From positions 150,001 through 182,000 of the forward strand of contig NC_014833.1 of assembly GCF_000179635.2 (NCBI RefSeq): a stretch of DNA of 32,000 nucleotides, given 5' to 3'. The position numbers and the translations under genes are program-made. This document shows positions 16,920-25,064 of the stretch, piece after piece. Each line of letters begins with the position of its first letter. The first letter of the stretch is position 1. The notes beneath the pieces were generated by a model. The model saw nothing but the letters and a program-made list of their open reading frames with translations, made no database searches and was not told where the DNA came from. This stretch comes from Ruminococcus albus 7 = DSM 20455. GTDB taxonomy: Bacteria > Bacillota > Clostridia > Oscillospirales > Ruminococcaceae.

Positions 16920-17096
16920 ATGGAAATCAAAAAGATCAATGACAAGATTAAGCTGAACGAAGAGAATGTAAAGGCAGAGAGAGACGAGTACGCTTGCCAC
17001 CACGACTGCATCGAGTACTACTATACCGGTAGCACAGGTGCAAAGGGCTGCCGCAGAGGAAGCACTATTTCCGCTAAGACAACCCGTGCTTGGTAA
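16920..17096 (+). CDS. RiPP precursor A4 (58 aa)
   Basis: Not in the ORF track. AGGAGG RBS present. Sequence: MEIKKINDKIKLNEENVKAERDEYACHHDCIEYYYTGSTGAKGCRRGSTISAKTTRAW. The core is identical to A2. Confidence 0.85.
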   Translation: MEIKKINDKIKLNEENVKAERDEYACHHDCIEYYYTGSTGAKGCRRGSTISAKTTRAW

Positions 17097-17307
17097 TAAG
17101 CAGTCTGATTTAATGATGCGATAATATCGTATTAATGCAACAAAGCTACACTACAGTTTTATTATTCTGACACAGCAATAAAGTACTAATAACATAATCA
17201 AAAATCACAAACCGAAAAAATAACATTTTAAACAAGACTGCTTCGGTGTATTAAATATAAATATGGTAACAAACCAATATAAAATCTTATGAAAAGGAGT
17301 TGTTTTT

Positions 17308-17478
17308 ATGAAGGTACAGAAAATAACAGACAAAATCAAGCTCAGTGAGGAAAATGTAAAGGCTGAAGGCGGCGGCTGCCTTAAAGACTGTGCAGAGATA
17401 CAGTATACAGGCAAAAACTCAGCTAAGGGCTGCAGAAGGACCACAGTATATACAGCAAAGTACACTAATATGTGGTAA
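17308..17478 (+). CDS. RiPP precursor B1 (56 aa, divergent core)
   Basis: Not in the ORF track. AAGGAG lies 8 nt upstream. Sequence: MKVQKITDKIKLSEENVKAEGGGCLKDCAEIQYTGKNSAKGCRRTTVYTAKYTNMW. Confidence 0.8.
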   Translation: MKVQKITDKIKLSEENVKAEGGGCLKDCAEIQYTGKNSAKGCRRTTVYTAKYTNMW

Positions 17479-17506
17479 TGCAAAGCGTTGAAACGGAGAA
17501 AAAATC

Positions 17507-17686
17507 ATGGTGATCAAGAAGATCAAAGACAAGATAAAGCTTAGAGAAACAGTCAAGGCTGAAAGACTGGACCTTCAGGCTGACTTTATGCAGGACTGTG
17601 CTGAACAGACTTATGCGGGATATACCGCCAGAACAGGATGCAGAAGAAGAATGAATTACAGCGCAAAACTGTATTCAAGATTGTAA
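17507..17686 (+). CDS. RiPP precursor B2 (59 aa, divergent core)
   Basis: Not in the ORF track. GGAG lies 8 nt upstream. Sequence: MVIKKIKDKIKLRETVKAERLDLQADFMQDCAEQTYAGYTARTGCRRRMNYSAKLYSRL. Confidence 0.75.
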   Translation: MVIKKIKDKIKLRETVKAERLDLQADFMQDCAEQTYAGYTARTGCRRRMNYSAKLYSRL

Positions 17687-17729
17687 GCTTAAAGCAATTA
17701 TCTTATATTTCGACAGGAGGAAAAACAGC

Positions 17730-17897
17730 ATGAACATAAAGAAGCTTCTGGACAAAGTATTTGTAAAAGAGAATGTCAAAGCAGAAGGTATCTTTTCGGA
17801 TTTCAACTACGATTATGTCGGTTTTGATCCATGCAATAAGACCAACAAGATCAATCATAGGGAAAATATCACAGAGAAAAACAGAAAAAAGATTTGA
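17730..17897 (+). CDS. Leader-bearing peptide B3 (55 aa, single Cys, Lys-rich tail)
   Basis: Not in the ORF track. AGGAGG lies 9 nt upstream. Sequence: MNIKKLLDKVFVKENVKAEGIFSDFNYDYVGFDPCNKTNKINHRENITEKNRKKI. It shares the leader motif but not the core motif. Confidence 0.65.
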   Translation: MNIKKLLDKVFVKENVKAEGIFSDFNYDYVGFDPCNKTNKINHRENITEKNRKKI

Positions 17898-17929
17898 TTT
17901 GAGATTTTATAAGGATCCGGTGTATTGAT

Positions 17930-18919
17930 ATGAGAAAAGTTAAAGTTGCGATCATTGACAGCGGGATCAACTACAACATAGTTAATGACGATGTCAGAAA
18001 CTGCATAAAGACCGGATATTTAGTTCATGATGATGAAGCCAATACTGTTCAGGAGGTATCACCTTCCGAATTGTGTGATTTCAACGGGCATGGTACGGTA
18101 TGCGCTTCAATAGTAAACAGGATAGCGCCGGAAACGGAGATAATCCCTGTTTGTATATTGGGTAAGAACGGCAGATGCACTCCGGGCAAACTGGTAGCTG
18201 CACTGGAACTGGCCAAACGGCTCGATGTCCAGATCATCAATATGAGTCTCAGCTCAAATGATCTATTTATACGGCATAAACTGAAAAAGCTGACAAAGGA
18301 ACTTGAAGCGCAGGGAAAGATCTGTGTAGCTTCAAAGTCCAATGACAGACACATCAGTTTTCCGGCAGATTTTAAAAACGTTATAGGTGTTGTAGGCAGG
18401 ATCGACGTTTTTAATGACGGTTTTGAATACGACAGTCAGAAGAAGATACAGGTAACAGCCAGCGGAGCTACAGAGCTTATGGAATTCCATATGCCCGGTG
18501 CGAACTTCTTCAGAGGCAACAGCAGGGCGGCTGCGATATTCTCAGGCGTTCTTGCGGATGCTTACGCAAAAGGAAAGTTCAGCACAAAGGCAGAGGCGGA
18601 AGAGTATATGAGGTCTGAGTCCTGGGTGAGCGAAAAGTTTTACAGGTCTCCGGAGGATGATGAGAGCGATGAGAAGATCGTGAACAGGATCCTCACAAGA
18701 GTAAGTAAAATGATATCCGATGAGAGGATACGTGTTAAGCTCGCAGATGATCTTGAGCTGGTGTATACCAATTCTACTATCTATGATTATTACAAGATAA
18801 TCTATATGCTCGAAAATGAGTTTTCGTGCAGGATATTCGGCAAAGTCCCTGTATACAGGGTATATTTTCAGAAGATAAATTATCTCGGCAAACTGGTAAA
18901 GGAAGCACTCAATGAATAA
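17930..18919 (+). CDS. S8 (subtilisin-like) serine peptidase, no signal peptide; probable leader peptidase
   Basis: Catalytic blocks VAIIDSGIN (Asp), NGHGTVCAS (His), INMSLS (oxyanion Asn) and GNSRAAAIFSG (Ser). The N-terminus starts directly with the Asp block. A C-terminal extension of about 100 aa belongs to no family I recognise. Confidence 0.85.
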   Translation: MRKVKVAIIDSGINYNIVNDDVRNCIKTGYLVHDDEANTVQEVSPSELCDFNGHGTVCASIVNRIAPETEIIPVCILGKNGRCTPGKLVAALELAKRLDVQIINMSLSSNDLFIRHKLKKLTKELEAQGKICVASKSNDRHISFPADFKNVIGVVGRIDVFNDGFEYDSQKKIQVTASGATELMEFHMPGANFFRGNSRAAAIFSGVLADAYAKGKFSTKAEAEEYMRSESWVSEKFYRSPEDDESDEKIVNRILTRVSKMISDERIRVKLADDLELVYTNSTIYDYYKIIYMLENEFSCRIFGKVPVYRVYFQKINYLGKLVKEALNE

Positions 18920-20531
18920 TGAAATAAGGAAACTGCTCAGGATATGGAAACTTGACAGAATGAAGAAAGGTGTTTTCTTTACCCTGATGCTGATATCGGT
19001 GTTCTTGTCGATAGCCGTGCCAATGGTATTCGTTGACTTTGTAGATGTGGTCACGAAAGCGGCATCGATGAGTTCGCTGGTAAGATTGATAACAATATAT
19101 TTAGTACTTAACATTTCACAGATGTTTGTGGAGTTCGCGTTTGATTATTACTCATCCGTAAAGGAATTCGAGTTCGCACAGCATCTGAAATTTACAGCGC
19201 TGGACAGACTTTTCATGAAGGACGGAAGGTTCTTCGCCAATGAAAAGACGGGCGACCTTATGACGGTGGTAAATGATGATGCAGCAAAGCTGGCATCATT
19301 CGTATACAAAGCATACAAGGTGATCGTTTCACTGGTCCAGGCGATCGGCATAATGGGTGTCATGTTCTACTATGATGTGAAACTCACGCTGCTGCTGATC
19401 GTTATGATACCTATAACTCTGGCGGCTCAACAGAAGTTCGGAGATAAACTCAGGTATCTGGCGCTTGAGAACAGAAGAGATTACGGAGAGCAGAATGCTC
19501 TCACAGAGGAGTTCATATCAAATGCACCTGCGATGATAACATACGGTTTCCGCAGGAGCTTTCTCAACAAGTATGAACTTGCATCAGATGTGTTGAAAAG
19601 AAGCTTTAAAAAGCTCACACTGACAAATGGTTTTTCAAATCAGGCTATAGATATGATATCTACCATAAGCCTGATAGCGATAACTGCATTCGGCGGTTAT
19701 CAGGTATTTCAGAAGCAGATCTCAATGGGTGTAATGATAATATTCCTGCAGTACTGCACAAGGTTTATCGCACCGTTTGAGAACCTGGTATTCATGAAAG
19801 TAAGCTTTAATATGGTCATTCCTTCTCTTGACCACGTAGATGAAGTGCTGGGCGGAGATACTTGCGCAGACACTTCGGCAGGCAAGCAGATAGATGAGAT
19901 CGACAATATAAAGCTTGAAAATCTTACATTCGGGTACACCCGCGGAAAAAACATTCTCAACGGGCTGGATCTGGATTTTGAGAAGAACAAAAAATATTTG
20001 ATTTGCGGAAAAAGCGGTGCAGGCAAAACTACCATATTCAATCTGATCCTCGGATTGTGGCGGGCAACGTCGGGCAATATCTATATAAACGACGATGAGA
20101 TCGGCAGCATAGATCTTGAATCATTCAGGGACAGGATCTCACTGGTCTCGCAGAAAACGTTCTTCCTGCATGATACGATATATAATAATCTGACCAATGG
20201 AAGGGATATACCGGAAGAAAAGGTATGGGAAGCTCTGCGGTGTGTTGAACTTGACGATTTTGTCAGGGGCATGGAAAATGGTTTGGATACCATACTGGGT
20301 GATGATGGTATGACAATGTCCGGAGGACAGAGGCAGAGACTGGCAATAGCACGTTCAATGCTGAAACGATCGGATGTGGTAATATTCGATGAGCCGACTT
20401 CGGCACTTGATAAGAATACAGAGAAGATAATTGCGCGTTCCATAATGGGTATAAAGGATAAGATAATAATCATCGTATCCCACAGCAATTGTTTTTCGGA
20501 TCAGGTCGATCAGATATACAAGATCGGATAA
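18912..20531 (+). CDS. ABC exporter, fused permease-ATPase (no C39 peptidase domain)
   Basis: 539 aa. The N-terminal half is a 6-TM domain. Walker A is GKSGAGKTT, the signature MSGGQRQR and Walker B VVIFDEPTSALD. The start overlaps the peptidase gene by 8 nt. Confidence 0.9.
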   Translation: MNNEIRKLLRIWKLDRMKKGVFFTLMLISVFLSIAVPMVFVDFVDVVTKAASMSSLVRLITIYLVLNISQMFVEFAFDYYSSVKEFEFAQHLKFTALDRLFMKDGRFFANEKTGDLMTVVNDDAAKLASFVYKAYKVIVSLVQAIGIMGVMFYYDVKLTLLLIVMIPITLAAQQKFGDKLRYLALENRRDYGEQNALTEEFISNAPAMITYGFRRSFLNKYELASDVLKRSFKKLTLTNGFSNQAIDMISTISLIAITAFGGYQVFQKQISMGVMIIFLQYCTRFIAPFENLVFMKVSFNMVIPSLDHVDEVLGGDTCADTSAGKQIDEIDNIKLENLTFGYTRGKNILNGLDLDFEKNKKYLICGKSGAGKTTIFNLILGLWRATSGNIYINDDEIGSIDLESFRDRISLVSQKTFFLHDTIYNNLTNGRDIPEEKVWEALRCVELDDFVRGMENGLDTILGDDGMTMSGGQRQRLAIARSMLKRSDVVIFDEPTSALDKNTEKIIARSIMGIKDKIIIIVSHSNCFSDQVDQIYKIG

Positions 20532-20567
20532 AAGTGCGATCTAAGCGCGTAAATATGCATTTTTTGG

Positions 20568-20596
20568 TTGACTTTATCAAAAATATGTGATAAGAT
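20568..20596 (+). promoter_or_regulatory. SigA-type promoter of the ABC ATPase/FtsX pair
   Basis: TTGACT (20568-20573), 17-nt spacer, TGaTAAGAT (20588-20596, extended -10). Confidence 0.45.
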
Positions 20597-20650
20597 ATAT
20601 AATGTTTGCCATGACATGATGAAAATATATGATAAGGAACGGTGATAGTA

Positions 20651-21310
20651 ATGGTAATTCAAACTCACGATCTGTGTAAGTATTACGGTGATGAAAGCAA
20701 TATGGTGAAGGCTCTTGACAAGGTGAACCTGAGCGTTGACAAGGGTGAACTGATAGGCATAATCGGCAAGTCGGGCAGCGGTAAGTCAACGCTGCTGAAT
20801 ATGCTGGGTGCGCTCGATCATCCCACGGGAGGAAGCATCATTATCGGCGGAGAGGATATCTCCAAGATGAACGATGAGCAGCTGACAAAGATGCGTCGTT
20901 CAAAGATCGGCTTCATTTTCCAGAACTACAATCTTATACCCGTACTGAATGTATACGAGAACATAGTTCTGCCTATACAGCTTGACGGAAAGAAGCCCAA
21001 CAATAAGTATATCGATACTATACTTGATGCACTGGAGATCTCACACAAGAAAAATTCTCTGCCTTCCTCCATGTCCGGCGGACAGCAGCAGAGAGTTGCC
21101 ATAGCAAGAGCTCTGGCAAACAAGCCCGAGATAGTTCTGGCTGATGAGCCTACGGGAAATCTCGATGAAGCTATGGGCGCAGAGGTAGTTGATATGCTCA
21201 AATTCATGAATAAGGAGTTTGACCAGACTATCATTGTAGTAACACACGATCAGGAAGTTGCATCACAGATGAACAGAGTGATTAGAGTAGTTGATGGGAG
21301 AGTGCAGTAA
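20651..21310 (+). CDS. ABC transporter ATP-binding protein (MacB/LolD/BceA-like)
   Basis: Track ORF is 20642..21310 with a GTG start; ATG 20651 is preferred. Walker A is GKSGSGKST, the signature MSGGQQQRVAIAR, Walker B IVLADEPTGNLD and the H-loop VVTHD. Confidence 0.9.
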   Translation: MVIQTHDLCKYYGDESNMVKALDKVNLSVDKGELIGIIGKSGSGKSTLLNMLGALDHPTGGSIIIGGEDISKMNDEQLTKMRRSKIGFIFQNYNLIPVLNVYENIVLPIQLDGKKPNNKYIDTILDALEISHKKNSLPSSMSGGQQQRVAIARALANKPEIVLADEPTGNLDEAMGAEVVDMLKFMNKEFDQTIIVVTHDQEVASQMNRVIRVVDGRVQ

Positions 21311-23773
21311 ATGATCAGAAAACTCGCGTTCAGGTCACTTATGGCAGAAAAGTTCAGATGTGTCTGTACTGTTATCGCCATGATACTGACTGCTCTGCTG
21401 TTTTCAACGCTGTTTACTACGGCGGCAGGGCTAAACAATGCCAATACCTATTATGAATTCAAAAAGCTGGGAACCACTGCCCATGTTATAGTAAAGGACT
21501 GGGACAAGGGCTATGGCAAAGAATTTGAAGCTATCAGGGGTCACGGACTTGTAAAAAAAGCAGGTTACCGCAGATTTTTGGGATATGCAGTAAACAGCGG
21601 TATCAAATACAATGTTGAAGTCAGCTACATGGGCGCAGATGAGGCAGAGCTTGACTACTACACACCCACAAGCGGAAAACTCCCCGTTGAAGCAAACGAG
21701 ATAGCTGTCGATACGACTACTCTTGCTGCACTTGGCGTGGAGAAGAAGGTAGGCACACCCGTCAGCATCGACCTTGATGTAAGCGGCAAGACCGTTACCG
21801 AGGAATTCGTGCTTTCGGGCTGGTTCGAGATAAACAAGGCTTATTCTGTAAAGATAGGTCAGATAATAACCTCCGAAAAATACAGCGATATCTGGGACAG
21901 CAAGTTTGAAACCGACACCGTGAACGGAACGAGCGATGTATCAATTCTGCTGAGTGATGGCTATGATATCGAAGGTGAAACAGAGCAGATTTTCAATGAT
22001 GTTGGTCTTGCATATTCTCAGGATATCATATCTGTGAATCCCGGTTATAATGTCAGCAGTGAAACGATGTCAAGCGAAACAATGGTTACCCTGATAGTAG
22101 GTATACTCGTTATCGTACTTATCGGTTATCTTATCATCAACAACATTTTCTATATCTCGGCAAGAAAAGATGCAAAGCAGTTCGGCAGACTGAAGACTAT
22201 CGGTATGTCAAACAAACATCTGGCAGCCTTTGTAAGGACTCAGGCATTTATAATGCTTGCTGTCGCAGTTCCCCTTGGTATAGTAGGCGGATATTTTATG
22301 GGCAAACTTATACTGCCTGCGATACTGCGCCAGACTGCCTATGATTCTGTCGCTGATGATACAGTCATATCAGGCGGAGTTATCGCCCTGATACTTGCAG
22401 CAGCAGCGCTGTTCGTTGTGATAACTACACTGGTAAGTATAAACGGACCTATAAGAATGATAAAGAAGCTTTCGCCTATCGAATCGACAAGGATAGAGCT
22501 CAAGGGCTATAAGAGCACAAGAAAATCAAGCGACGGCAGCAAGACCCACAAATTTGCAAAATATAACATCCTGCGCAACAAGAAGAGCCTTGCGATGCTG
22601 CTCGTAAGCATATCACTTCCCGTACTGCTGGTAATAGTTTCATACGATGCACTCAACAGCTTTGATATGGATAAGTACCTTTCGACTATACTCGCATCTG
22701 ATTACACTGTAGCATCATCGGATTATTACAAGAATGACTATATCGACAATGAAAACAATGTAAAGACACTTGATGCATCGGTAGTTGAAGAGATAAAAAA
22801 CTGCGGTTTTGTAGAAGAAGGTTCGATAGTATACGGTGATATGGCTAATGAATATGCAAGTGTAAAGGAGATTCAGATCCCGGAGGGCGATGTGTATACA
22901 CTTGACCTTTATGGTTCAGAAGAATTTACAATTGATAAGTCGCTTATCATCGAGGACAATATCGACATGGCAAAATTCAAGGACGGTACAGGTATCGTTG
23001 AGGGCTGCTGGCTGACATCCGAGGGAGAGATCTACCCCGGTACAAGTCAATTCAACCAGGGCGACACTGTTACTATAACAGGTGCAGACGGAAAAGAGCA
23101 TACCTATACAGTCTTAGGTCACATGAATGTTGCTCTTGGTGCCAAAAAGACAGGTATATCAAAAGGCGGCATCACCTGCGAGCTTTATATGAATACTGCG
23201 CAGTATGAGCAGGTAACAGGCAATCAGAACATAATGTCCTATGAATTCAACGTAAAGAACGGCATGGAAAAGGAAGCTGAAAAATACATCAAGGGCATGA
23301 CAGAGGCTGATAGCTCAATAAATTATCAGTCTAAATATTCTCTTGCCGCTGATTTTGCATCAATGAAGCTTCTGGTAAAACTGATATGCACTCTGCTGTG
23401 CGTGGTGCTTACATTTATCGCTGTAATGAATCTTATCAACGTATTTGTATCAAGTATAATGGTAAGAGAAAAGGAGATTGCGACACTGAAGAGCATCGGC
23501 ATGACGAGAGGTCAGCTGAGAAAGATGCTGTTCTGGGAAATATTCTACTACAACGGCACAGCGTTTATAATAGCAGCTGTACTTTCGCTGGTACTGTCGC
23601 CAACGGTTTTCAAAAGCGTTTTCAACGAATTCCCGTTCCTGACCTTCCGTATGAACTGGATGTCATACCCTGCGATAATAGTAGTTATAATGTTTGTAGG
23701 TATAATGACTGTTATATGTGTTGAGAACAGGATATCTAAAATGAACATCCCCGAAGAATTAAAGACTGCGTAA
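21311..23773 (+). CDS. FtsX-family ABC permease with two FtsX modules (BceB/MacB-like); candidate self-immunity
   Basis: 820 aa. The start immediately follows the ATPase stop. Two TM clusters each carry the FtsX signature (...ARKDAKQFGRLKTIGMSNKHL... and ...VREKEIATLKSIGMTRGQLRKML...), separated by large soluble loops. Confidence 0.85.
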   Translation: MIRKLAFRSLMAEKFRCVCTVIAMILTALLFSTLFTTAAGLNNANTYYEFKKLGTTAHVIVKDWDKGYGKEFEAIRGHGLVKKAGYRRFLGYAVNSGIKYNVEVSYMGADEAELDYYTPTSGKLPVEANEIAVDTTTLAALGVEKKVGTPVSIDLDVSGKTVTEEFVLSGWFEINKAYSVKIGQIITSEKYSDIWDSKFETDTVNGTSDVSILLSDGYDIEGETEQIFNDVGLAYSQDIISVNPGYNVSSETMSSETMVTLIVGILVIVLIGYLIINNIFYISARKDAKQFGRLKTIGMSNKHLAAFVRTQAFIMLAVAVPLGIVGGYFMGKLILPAILRQTAYDSVADDTVISGGVIALILAAAALFVVITTLVSINGPIRMIKKLSPIESTRIELKGYKSTRKSSDGSKTHKFAKYNILRNKKSLAMLLVSISLPVLLVIVSYDALNSFDMDKYLSTILASDYTVASSDYYKNDYIDNENNVKTLDASVVEEIKNCGFVEEGSIVYGDMANEYASVKEIQIPEGDVYTLDLYGSEEFTIDKSLIIEDNIDMAKFKDGTGIVEGCWLTSEGEIYPGTSQFNQGDTVTITGADGKEHTYTVLGHMNVALGAKKTGISKGGITCELYMNTAQYEQVTGNQNIMSYEFNVKNGMEKEAEKYIKGMTEADSSINYQSKYSLAADFASMKLLVKLICTLLCVVLTFIAVMNLINVFVSSIMVREKEIATLKSIGMTRGQLRKMLFWEIFYYNGTAFIIAAVLSLVLSPTVFKSVFNEFPFLTFRMNWMSYPAIIVVIMFVGIMTVICVENRISKMNIPEELKTA

Positions 23774-23805
23774 TGAATAACTTCGCTGCGTGATATAATG
23801 ATCGT

Positions 23806-23845
23806 AACATCGGCTTTGCTGTAAAGGCAGAGCCGATGTTGTTTT
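23806..23845 (+). terminator. Rho-independent terminator ending the RiPP cluster
   Basis: 10-bp perfect stem AACATCGGCT / AGCCGATGTT followed by GTTTT. Confidence 0.8.
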
Positions 23846-24215
23846 ATGTGTGAAAGACTGGAAAGGCAATATATTAATATTGTTAATTATTTACTCAAAA
23901 TAACGTCTTTGAGCATAACTGACATAACTTTCGGTTAATAATAGTAAAAATTGTAAAAATGTATGTAAAAGACTTGAATTATATTTGGTTTTGAGGTATG
24001 ATAATAGTATAAAAAATATTATGATTGTCCCGCTGGCATACCTTATAAAATGGTGTTATATCCAAACTTGAAATACTTGGCAGTTATCTTTTCCCCCGCC
24101 TGCGGCGGAAGGAAGATAACATTAACACAATGTTTCATTGTTATATATCGCTTTGTAGTGGTGTGTTAAAGGGATAGCCGGTAAAAATTAACAGTAAAGG
24201 GAGGGGGTGAGTGGT

Positions 24216-25022
24216 ATGTACAGAGCAGCAGGAAAAAAAGTTCGTTCGGATAACGGCTCAGAGGGCAGACGTAAAGCAGGGCTCATAAGAGCAGCGATCG
24301 GTTTCGGTTTTGTGCTGGTCATGTTCGCATTTATCACTCTCTCCTGGTTCACATTCAGCAAGCAGCTTGAAGCAGGTGGGATATTCATAAAGACAAGTGA
24401 TCCTTCCATTGATTGTACTGCGACTTCATACTACTATATCCGTTCGCAGGGAAACACGTATGCTCCGCAGGAGGGAACGGAAGATAATATATTTAAACTT
24501 ATGCAGTATGACTCGTTATTCGGCGGCAATAACACACATACCTATGTGGTGGAACGTATGGAGCTGACAGCATCGGATCTTCCCGAGAACGGAACACTGA
24601 ATTTTACTATAGAGCGTGAGACCTCGCAGGCATCTGATATGCCGGGCTCGGACTATATATCAAGTGTTACGTGTTATACCTTTGTGACACTGCCGACATT
24701 CCCGACAACTTCGGGTGCTATACTCAGCGCTGTTAACGCGGCAGCGGCGGATACCGACTTTGTGACCCGGACATTTGTCGTAAATGATGAAAAGGCGGAT
24801 ATGATAACGTTCAGTGTGCCATATACTTCCGAAAACTGGACGGACGGTAAACTATATATTTATTTACATATTGATTATGATGAAACACTCATCACGGAAT
24901 ATATCGATAAGTCACTGCGCAACCTGCTGAAGAACAACGGCAGCAACGGGCAGGTCGATGTGGAATACGGTGCGGATGTTACGATGCAGAATGATATTCA
25001 ACGGATCGTGATCTCCCGTTGA
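24216..25022 (+). CDS. Secreted or anchored hypothetical protein with TasA/SipW-type N-terminus
   Basis: Track ORF is 24207..25022 with a GTG start; ATG 24216 is preferred, 9 nt after AAGGGAGGGGG. A basic N-terminus is followed by a hydrophobic helix (AAIGFGFVLVMFAFITL) and then SWFTFSKQ. Confidence 0.6.
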   Translation: MYRAAGKKVRSDNGSEGRRKAGLIRAAIGFGFVLVMFAFITLSWFTFSKQLEAGGIFIKTSDPSIDCTATSYYYIRSQGNTYAPQEGTEDNIFKLMQYDSLFGGNNTHTYVVERMELTASDLPENGTLNFTIERETSQASDMPGSDYISSVTCYTFVTLPTFPTTSGAILSAVNAAAADTDFVTRTFVVNDEKADMITFSVPYTSENWTDGKLYIYLHIDYDETLITEYIDKSLRNLLKNNGSNGQVDVEYGADVTMQNDIQRIVISR

Positions 25023-25064
25023 TCCTGATGAGTACTGATAACATATAACGGGGAGGTGTACGAT

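Larger units (their letters stand above)
16086..17096 (+). repeat. Tandem gene amplification of the A-type precursor (units of 263, 263 and 308 bp)
   Basis: Start codons at 16086, 16349, 16612 and 16920. The 86-nt spacers A1-A2 and A2-A3 appear identical by eye. Confidence 0.85.

Noticed and set aside
16086-17096. Regularly spaced repeats that could be mistaken for a CRISPR array; the same applies to the ~75-nt periodicity in 2280-3720 and 7330-7990.
   Set aside because: The units are 263 bp and protein-coding with their own RBS. The 75-nt units are in-frame LRR repeats. Neither shows the pattern of short identical repeats alternating with unique spacers.
17205-17483. Minus-strand 92-aa ORF.
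   Set aside because: It is antisense to precursor B1 and its upstream spacer. It has no RBS and a hydrophobic low-complexity translation.
18542-19114. Minus-strand 190-aa ORF across the peptidase/exporter junction, and the other antisense ORFs inside the ABC and giant genes (for example 19709..20077, 20081..20488, 25401..25814, 26293..26694 and 29221..29646).
   Set aside because: Each lies entirely within a plus-strand gene that has strong family motifs or internal homology. None has a start context or a recognisable motif.
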